This document shows, in pieces, positions 57,686 to 64,000 of a DNA stretch of 64,000 bases. The stretch's first letter is position 1. Every line of letters starts with the position of its first letter. Made by a program: the position numbers and the translations under genes. A model generated the notes under the pieces. That model saw only the letters and a list, made by a program, of their open reading frames with translations. It had not been told where the DNA came from and did not search any database. The stretch is from the IMG/VR virus record IMGVR_UViG_3300025770_000656, one strand, 5' to 3'. The stretch comes from a virus.

Positions 57686-58858
57686 ATGAGTGTTTTAAAT
57701 TTAGATAATAAAGATCATATCAATCGCAATGCGTTTTTCGATGGCGGTGTGGGTATGCAACGTTATGATACTGTAAAGTATCGTTGGATGGACAAACTTA
57801 CTGATAAACAACTGGGTTTTTTCTGGAGACCTGAAGAAGTAGATATTTTACGTGATGCCAAAGACTTTAAAGAACTAACTGAACACGAAAAACATATCTT
57901 TACAAGCAATTTAAAGCGACAAATCTTACTAGACAGCGTACAAGGTAGAGCTCCAAGTGAAGCATTTGGCAGTGTTTGCAGTTTGCCTGAACTAGAAGCC
58001 TGGATACAAACTTGGACATTTAATGAAACTATTCACAGTCGAAGTTATACACATATCATCCGTAACATCTATTCAGATCCAAGTAAAGTATTTGATGAGA
58101 TGTCAGACATAAAAGAAATCATGGATTGTGCAGATACTATTACAGAGCATTATGATGATCTAGTACGCATGGTTGGTTGGTATAATCTGCTAGGAGAAGG
58201 CAGACATCTTGTAGTTAGCGGCAAGGAACATAACACAAAGAAAGTTAATGGTAACTTTAGTAATGTTGCTATGCAGGTTAACGTTAATATGTATGAGCTA
58301 AAAAAGAAACTATGGCTTACACTGGCTAGTGTAAACATTCTAGAAGGTGTACGTTTTTATGTTAGTTTTGCATGTAGTTGGGCGTTTGCTGAACTTAAAA
58401 AAATGGAAGGCAATGCTAAAATTATTAAGTTTATTGCCAGAGACGAAAACGTACACTTAGCATTTACCCAACAGATGCTAAAAGTTCTTCCCCAGGAAGA
58501 TAAAGATTATGCAAAAATTAAACAAGAAACACAGGACCAAGTAACAGCAATGTTTGATGCCGCAGTTAATCAAGAAAAAGAATGGGCAGAATTTTTATTT
58601 AAAGACGGCTCAATGATTGGGCTTAATACAAGATTGCTGGAAGATTACATAGAGTGGATTGCTAACAAACGCATGATTGCTATTGGATTATCTAGCCCAT
58701 ACAAAGTTCCAGCAGCTAACCCTCTTCCATGGACACAAAAATGGATCAGCGGTAGTGACGTACAAGTAGCTCCGCAGGAAACAGAAATTTCAAGTTATAT
58801 CATAGGTGGCACAAAGCAGGACGTCGAAGAAACTACATTTACTGGGCTTAGTCTTTAG
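57686..58858 (+). CDS. nrdB: Ribonucleoside-diphosphate reductase class Ia beta subunit
   Basis: FFWRPEE, LDSVQGR, ETIHSRSY, EGVRFYVSFA, RDENVH, VAPQETE. Confidence 0.97.
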   Translation: MSVLNLDNKDHINRNAFFDGGVGMQRYDTVKYRWMDKLTDKQLGFFWRPEEVDILRDAKDFKELTEHEKHIFTSNLKRQILLDSVQGRAPSEAFGSVCSLPELEAWIQTWTFNETIHSRSYTHIIRNIYSDPSKVFDEMSDIKEIMDCADTITEHYDDLVRMVGWYNLLGEGRHLVVSGKEHNTKKVNGNFSNVAMQVNVNMYELKKKLWLTLASVNILEGVRFYVSFACSWAFAELKKMEGNAKIIKFIARDENVHLAFTQQMLKVLPQEDKDYAKIKQETQDQVTAMFDAAVNQEKEWAEFLFKDGSMIGLNTRLLEDYIEWIANKRMIAIGLSSPYKVPAANPLPWTQKWISGSDVQVAPQETEISSYIIGGTKQDVEETTFTGLSL

Positions 58859-58930
58859 AGATAGACAGATTTCGTAAGAAGTTGGGTATATGATATTAGA
58901 AAACATACCATTCGATGATACGATATATGC

Positions 58931-59218
58931 ATGGTGTGGAGAGTATTTCATTCAACTATCCATATGGCAAGAGAAGTTTCCGGTAGAGATGTTATGTGCA
59001 TTACACTATGCAGAGAAAGTAGGGGAAATATTATTCTAAAGATTGGATGTGTCACATATCCTAATACGCCAGAAGGTCGTAGAGCCTATAGAGAGACACT
59101 GCCAGCAGAAAGATCGAAACCTCGTATATCAATACCAACAGCACATTCAAGAGTATGGTATGTAGGTGAATATGAAAAAAATGGATGTAGAATAATAGTA
59201 AAGACGAATACGAAGTGA
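58931..59218 (+). CDS. Dubious hypothetical ORF
   Basis: 95 aa without a clear SD; a competing frame exists. Confidence 0.25.
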   Translation: MVWRVFHSTIHMAREVSGRDVMCITLCRESRGNIILKIGCVTYPNTPEGRRAYRETLPAERSKPRISIPTAHSRVWYVGEYEKNGCRIIVKTNTK

Positions 59219-59261
59219 TGCGGAAAGATTTACTCATTATAATAAATTTTTACAAAAGGAT

Positions 59262-59540
59262 ATGTACATGTTAATAGTATATACAAAACATTGGTGTGGC
59301 TACTGCGACATGGCAAAAGCTCACCTAAACAAACACAATATAGTATTTGAAGAAGTCAATATTGATGACGACAAAGATGCAAGAGAGTATATGCGATCAC
59401 AAGGACACAGAACTGCTCCTCAGATTTACCACAATGGTAAACTTTTAGTAGAAGGTGGAGCATCTGGTTTAGTAAGTTTGAGTGGTACAGAAATTAAAGA
59501 ACGACTAGGAGACCTAGACTTTTCAGATATAAGTTTATGA
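59262..59540 (+). CDS. Glutaredoxin (NrdH/T4 NrdC-like)
   Basis: WCGYC, RTAPQI, GG; follows nrdAB. Confidence 0.9.
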   Translation: MYMLIVYTKHWCGYCDMAKAHLNKHNIVFEEVNIDDDKDAREYMRSQGHRTAPQIYHNGKLLVEGGASGLVSLSGTEIKERLGDLDFSDISL

Positions 59541-59773
59541 GATACAGAATTACAACAACCTTAAAAAAAGGTATATTAGATAACGCTGGCACTGCCACTG
59601 GCAAAGCATTACAGACGCTGGGATTTGAAAATGTGGGAGAGGTACGCATAGGGAAAATAATAGAATTAAACTGCGATTCTGCAGATATAGACTCCATAGC
59701 TAAAAGTACATACAACGAAGTTATGGAAGATTTTACCATAGAAGAGATGAAAGAAGAAAACAATGATAATTGA
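59537..59773 (+). CDS. purS: Phosphoribosylformylglycinamidine synthase subunit PurS
   Basis: LKKGILDNAG...ALQTLGF..V..VRIGKIIEL...NEVMEDF. Confidence 0.8.
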   Translation: MRYRITTTLKKGILDNAGTATGKALQTLGFENVGEVRIGKIIELNCDSADIDSIAKSTYNEVMEDFTIEEMKEENNDN

Positions 59774-59957
59774 TGCATTAGAAGCAAGATATAAAGCGGA
59801 GATAGCTTCAGCTAAAGCAAATATTCAAGTTTATTTGGAAAATCCTGCAGGAATTGGAGAACACCCAGATTTAGTAGCGGCGGTAGACGAGCAAATGGCT
59901 AAGTTAGCAGAAGCTGATGACAAATACGATACATTAGTAAAGCACTACAGAAAATAA
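59763..59957 (+). CDS. Small conserved hypothetical protein
   Basis: YLENPAGIGEHPDLV. Confidence 0.7.
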   Translation: MIIDALEARYKAEIASAKANIQVYLENPAGIGEHPDLVAAVDEQMAKLAEADDKYDTLVKHYRK

Positions 59958-59994
59958 TTAACTTAGCATATTATTTCCGGTAATAAATACTATT

Positions 59995-60282
59995 ATGGCA
60001 CAAATGGTAGTAAGAGTCGGAGATATTAATGTAGCTGGAGGTAAGGCAATCACGCCTGTATTAAATGTTACAGCAAATGGAAGACCTCTTGCAAAATTTA
60101 TGAGTATTGTAACACCACACCATCCGTGTCCTTTTCCACCAATACACTGTAAGGCGAACGCGGCATTCCCCGGAAGCATGAAAGTAAGTGCTGGCGGATT
60201 GCCAGTTCTTAGAGTATTTACAGATATTGACACCTGTGGTCATCCTAGGATGACCGGGTCGTTTAACGTAACAGCAGGATAA
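59995..60282 (+). CDS. PAAR-repeat tail spike tip protein (T4 gp5.4-like)
   Basis: VVRVGD, VTANGRP, VTPH...H, VSAGGLPV, CGH; late motif at 59982. Confidence 0.8.
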   Translation: MAQMVVRVGDINVAGGKAITPVLNVTANGRPLAKFMSIVTPHHPCPFPPIHCKANAAFPGSMKVSAGGLPVLRVFTDIDTCGHPRMTGSFNVTAG

Positions 60283-60287
60283 AAAGC

Positions 60288-62204
60288 ATGGCATGTATTA
60301 GTGCAATGATAAGTGCAATAGGGTTGAGCGTTGCAGGAGGCGCCATGGGAGGTGCTGGTTTTGGAAATTTTGCAAAAGTTCTTTCAGCCCCAATGTCCGC
60401 ACTTGGGCCTATTGCTGGGCAAATGGGTGCTGTATCAGCATTAGCTAATGCTGCTTCTCCTTTTTCTAGTGTTATTGCAATGGCTGCAGGTGGCGCTAAT
60501 CCCCTTCAGTTAGTAAGCGGCGGCGCATCCGGTGTGCTTGGTAGCCTCGGATCTAATATTGGATTTGGTGCCATCACTGGAGCTATAGGAGATACATTTA
60601 GTGCTATTGGGGGATCAGGTATTTTTGATGCAATAAGCAGTCACACCAGTGATCTTCTAGGTTCTTTTGGTGCTAATAGTATGATGCAAGCATTACAAGG
60701 TGCTGAAGGTTTTTCATTTATGAGCGGAGATATTGCAAATATGTTATCAGGAACTATCAATGCACAATTTGGAGATGCTTTTAGCGCACTTAATAGTTTT
60801 TTACCAGCTGGAGAGTTCTTATCAGGAGTAGATGCAGACTTCTTAGCGGGATTAGATCCAGGTGAATTTGCAAATTTGATAGGACAAGGATCTGACTTTA
60901 ACTTTGGTGACTTCTTAGGAGGTAGTATTAACGGCATAGGCGATTTAGTAACAAACGGATTAACTAACTTTATATCTGATCAAATAGAGATACCAGGATT
61001 TGCCGGCGATTTAATTAAACTAGGAGGCTCATTTAATTTAAACGACATCCAAAATTTTGGAAATCCAGGACAGTTAATAGAAAATTTAATAAATGCTGGA
61101 GCTGGTGAAATTACTGGCATAGTAGACGCATTTGGTGATATTGGTTTTGATATTGAACGTAATTTAGGAAATTTGGCTAATGGTGAATTTAATGATATTC
61201 TCAATGAAGGACTAGGTTTAATTACCAATCCAGATATGATAAAGATTGCTCAACAAGCTCTTGGTTCAAATATACCTGGTATATCCAGTCTTGCAGACTT
61301 TACAAACTTAGCAAAAGTATTACCTACTAGTTTTGATAGCATAACTCCTGACACTTTTTCCCAATTAGCTGGTGAATTAGCAAATACTGCATTAGGAAGT
61401 TTAGCAACACCAAAGCAACTTGGCAATCTACTTAATGCTTTTGACCTCCCCGGCGAGTTTAATTTAATAGACCCGTTAAGCCTAAACTTAGTTGACAATG
61501 ATGCAGTAGCTAATTTAACAGCTAAGTTTTTAGGTGGAACTGGGGTTAATGGCAGAATAAAGGTAAGTGACATAATAGGAAGTGTAGCTGGGGTAGGCTT
61601 GGAAACACCTATGAATTCTTATCTTGCAGCAATGAAGAGTATGGAAAACGGAGGAGCATTTGGCACAGTCAATAGCTTGTACGACACCTTACAAAATGGA
61701 TTAGCGGGCAATTTAACAGTAACCGGCGATCCGTCAAATCCAATTTATGGTACAGACTATATTAATGATACTGTTAACGGTTTACATCATGAAGATTTAG
61801 ATAGTTTTGTTAAAAAAATAGCTGGTAATATACAAGGCGAAGTAGAAAATATTGCAAATAACACTACATTTGCTGGTGCATTTGGCACTGCTAGTGCAGC
61901 AATTCAACAAGTACAGAAAAAAATATATGATGAACAAATAGTACACCTGCCCAGGGTAGACTTACACTTAGAACATAGAACTAATGCTCCTGAAAATGTA
62001 TATAGCTTTGTTACTGGTATGGCAAATCGTGTCTTAGATACTGATAACGTTGCTATGGTAAAAGGTTTAGCAAAAGGAGCTACCGCAGTTGGGGATAAGT
62101 TTGGCGAGTATGCAGAAGCATTTACAAGTGAAATGATTAATAAGAATGCAGTTGAACAGTATCAAATCGACTGGATGGGCGAGAACAAAGCTGAAATTGC
62201 GTAA
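60288..62204 (+). CDS. Large Gly/Ala-rich putative tail/baseplate or ejected protein
   Basis: 638 aa with long hydrophobic Gly-rich N-terminus, directly after PAAR. Confidence 0.5.
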   Translation: MACISAMISAIGLSVAGGAMGGAGFGNFAKVLSAPMSALGPIAGQMGAVSALANAASPFSSVIAMAAGGANPLQLVSGGASGVLGSLGSNIGFGAITGAIGDTFSAIGGSGIFDAISSHTSDLLGSFGANSMMQALQGAEGFSFMSGDIANMLSGTINAQFGDAFSALNSFLPAGEFLSGVDADFLAGLDPGEFANLIGQGSDFNFGDFLGGSINGIGDLVTNGLTNFISDQIEIPGFAGDLIKLGGSFNLNDIQNFGNPGQLIENLINAGAGEITGIVDAFGDIGFDIERNLGNLANGEFNDILNEGLGLITNPDMIKIAQQALGSNIPGISSLADFTNLAKVLPTSFDSITPDTFSQLAGELANTALGSLATPKQLGNLLNAFDLPGEFNLIDPLSLNLVDNDAVANLTAKFLGGTGVNGRIKVSDIIGSVAGVGLETPMNSYLAAMKSMENGGAFGTVNSLYDTLQNGLAGNLTVTGDPSNPIYGTDYINDTVNGLHHEDLDSFVKKIAGNIQGEVENIANNTTFAGAFGTASAAIQQVQKKIYDEQIVHLPRVDLHLEHRTNAPENVYSFVTGMANRVLDTDNVAMVKGLAKGATAVGDKFGEYAEAFTSEMINKNAVEQYQIDWMGENKAEIA

Positions 62205-62222
62205 CTATAGTTAAATATATGT

Positions 62223-64000
62223 ATGGCGATTGAGATACCCGGCGGCGCATGGCTATTAAATGCAGATTTTATACGCCAAGGCCATAGTTTAATACTACGT
62301 GGTCCTGATGGAAAAGAAGTTTATATCAGAGACTATTTTCTTTCTGATCCTCCACAAGACTTAATTACAGATACTGGAGCCGTAATACATGGCCCGCTAG
62401 CATTAAAACTAGCTGGCCCTCTTGCGCCTGGTCAGTATGCATCGACTGATATGCCAGTTGGACAAATTAGTATTGGCCGTGTAGATGCGGTTGAAGGCGA
62501 TGCTAAAGTTACTCGGTCTAACGGTGTTACTGAGCAAATACAACAAAACACAGATATTTTCCAAGGTGATATAGTTATTACATCTGCGGATACTAGTATT
62601 GGCATTAGTTTTGTAGACGATAGTATTTTTAGTATTGGTGAAAACGGACGCATGGTCATTGATGAGATGGTTTATGATCCTGAAACTCAGGAAGGAGTTT
62701 TTAATACTAATATTGTGCAGGGAGTGTTTAGTTTTGTTAGTGGACAAATAGCAAAAACAGGTGTTGATAGCATGACAGTTACTACACCTGTAGCAACCAT
62801 CGGCATACGTGGCACTAAAGTTGCTGGTATTGCAGCACAGGAAGGAACAGAAAACACATTGTCACTGCTTCCTGAAACTGTAGCCGGGCAACAAATAGTT
62901 GGTGAAGTTATAGTAAGTAACCAAGGAGGATCCAGTGTACTTAATCAAATGGGTGCCAGCCTTAGTGTTAGTAGCTCATTTACATCTCCTCCACCACCAG
63001 TAGTGCTATCAGAATCTCAAATACAACAGAAGTTTGGAAGTACATTAACTACACTTAGCAAAGCAAATACTGTTAATGCAGAAGTTAAAACAGAAAAAGC
63101 AACGCAGGAAGCAGAAACTGCAAAAGCTGAAGCTGAGGTAGTACAAGAAAAAGCCGCAGAAGCAGAAGCCGCGGCAGAAGAGGCTGCACAAGAGGCAGAG
63201 GCTAAACAGGAAGAAGCAGAAGCCGCTTTGGAAGAGGCACAAGAAACAGGCGACCAGGAAGCAATAGAAGAAGCTGAACAAAAAATTGCAGAAGCAGAAG
63301 AAGCAAAAGTAGAGGCTGAACAAATTGCACAAGAGGCAGAAGCAGTAAAGCAAGAAGCTCAGGAAAAAATAGCTGAGGTAGAAGCTAAAGTTGAAGCTGT
63401 TGAAGAAGCCAAGCAAGTTTTAGAAGTTGCTAAACAAGAGCTAGTACAACAAATACAAGTAATGGAACAAATCCAGCAACAGGCTCCGGAAGCTGCGCCT
63501 GAAGAAGCACCACAGGAAGGTCCAGCGGAAGATGCCCCACAAGACGAAGGGGATGCACCGGAAGGAGATGGTCCTGAAGAGGCGCCGCAAGAAGGTCCAC
63601 TTGAAGAAGGACGACTCGAGGAGGGCCCATTAGAAGAGGGTCCATTGGAAGAAGGTAAACTAGAAGAAGGCCCAATTGAAGAAGGCAACGTTGAAGAAGG
63701 CCCAGTTGCTGAAGGTCCACCTATTGAAGAAGGAGTGGCTGAAGGACCTGTGGATGGACCGGTAGACGAAGGGCCCATGGATGGCCCAGTTGCTGAAGGT
63801 CCTATAGAAGCACCTAAGCCTATTATAGAAGCACCCAAACCTATTATAGAGGATCCCAAACCAGAACCTATAGTTTTCGTAGACGTACAACCAGAACCTA
63901 TTTTGGTTGTTGAACAAGAAGTATTGGTTATAGAGCCTCAAGTAGTACAAGAAGTGTTATTTGTAGAGCCAGAAAAACCAAAGTTTTTTGCAATTGCTAG
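62223..64000 (+). CDS. Large FecR-domain adhesin-like protein (partial, no stop in window)
   Basis: Manually read frame: WLLNADFIRQGHSLILRGPDG...LAGPLAPGQYA, then a FecR-like region (IFQGDIVIT...TPVATIGIRGT), an E/A coiled coil and E/G/P repeats; late motif at 62210. Confidence 0.8.
   Translation, partial: MAIEIPGGAWLLNADFIRQGHSLILRGPDGKEVYIRDYFLSDPPQDLITDTGAVIHGPLALKLAGPLAPGQYASTDMPVGQISIGRVDAVEGDAKVTRSNGVTEQIQQNTDIFQGDIVITSADTSIGISFVDDSIFSIGENGRMVIDEMVYDPETQEGVFNTNIVQGVFSFVSGQIAKTGVDSMTVTTPVATIGIRGTKVAGIAAQEGTENTLSLLPETVAGQQIVGEVIVSNQGGSSVLNQMGASLSVSSSFTSPPPPVVLSESQIQQKFGSTLTTLSKANTVNAEVKTEKATQEAETAKAEAEVVQEKAAEAEAAAEEAAQEAEAKQEEAEAALEEAQETGDQEAIEEAEQKIAEAEEAKVEAEQIAQEAEAVKQEAQEKIAEVEAKVEAVEEAKQVLEVAKQELVQQIQVMEQIQQQAPEAAPEEAPQEGPAEDAPQDEGDAPEGDGPEEAPQEGPLEEGRLEEGPLEEGPLEEGKLEEGPIEEGNVEEGPVAEGPPIEEGVAEGPVDGPVDEGPMDGPVAEGPIEAPKPIIEAPKPIIEDPKPEPIVFVDVQPEPILVVEQEVLVIEPQVVQEVLFVEPEKPKFFAIA
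63591..63870 (+). repeat. Coding pentapeptide repeats (EEGP[L/I/V]) and EAPKPII repeats
   Basis: Degenerate 15-nt units GAAGAAGGNCCANTT in the 62223 frame. Confidence 0.85.

Noticed and set aside
55382-58858. Intron or intein in nrdA/nrdB
   Set aside because: Both are continuous and of normal length; nrdB has only a short extra loop near residues 170-195 without splicing motifs
59995-60282. PAAR plus lipase as a type VI secretion locus
   Set aside because: No tss genes; PAAR (gp5.4-like) is a normal myovirus spike tip and the lipase is 19 kb away
62409-63950. Minus-strand Ser/Gly/Pro-, Phe/Cys- and Leu-rich ORFs in the track
   Set aside because: Shadows of the repetitive plus-strand FecR protein; the same applies to antisense ORFs over 955-2805 and 43392-44117
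1-64000. Alternative genetic code (stop-codon reassignment)
   Set aside because: Standard-code ORFs tile the window densely and core genes (nrdA, nrdB, helicases, primase) are full length

Overview
A 64 kb segment of a large, AT-rich, T4-like (jumbo-type) myovirus genome, most likely from an uncultured marine phage of an alphaproteobacterium. The host is inferred from a stand-alone corrinoid protein and a FecR-type adhesin N-terminus. Layout: (1) 1-20.3 kb, a glycan/small-molecule modification island (glycosyltransferases, methyltransferases, kinases, 2OG-Fe(II) oxygenases, a B12-dependent radical SAM enzyme, a cytidylyltransferase, a corrinoid protein); (2) 20.3-23.7 kb, a variable early region with three matching sigma70-type promoters, a 75-bp direct repeat and an AAA-type ATPase; (3) 23.7-40.3 kb, replication genes (GIY-YIG endonuclease, UvsW helicase, clamp-loader small subunit, a 184-aa DnaE-like protein, primase, DnaB/gp41 helicase) interleaved with radical SAM and SGNH-like paralogs; (4) 40.3-55.4 kb, a lipase plus late head/internal/virion genes under (T/G/C/A)ATAAATA promoters; (5) 55.4-64 kb, nrdA, nrdB, glutaredoxin, purS, PAAR and a large FecR-domain protein that runs off the window end. 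No tRNA, rRNA or CRISPR array was seen. Product calls come from motif recognition only; no database search was run. Strongest leads: a 3' hairpin whose loop is antisense to its own gene's ribosome-binding site, the miniature DnaE with all three catalytic aspartates, phage-borne cobalamin proteins, repeat-bounded gene cassettes, and LDE-delimited modular head proteins.
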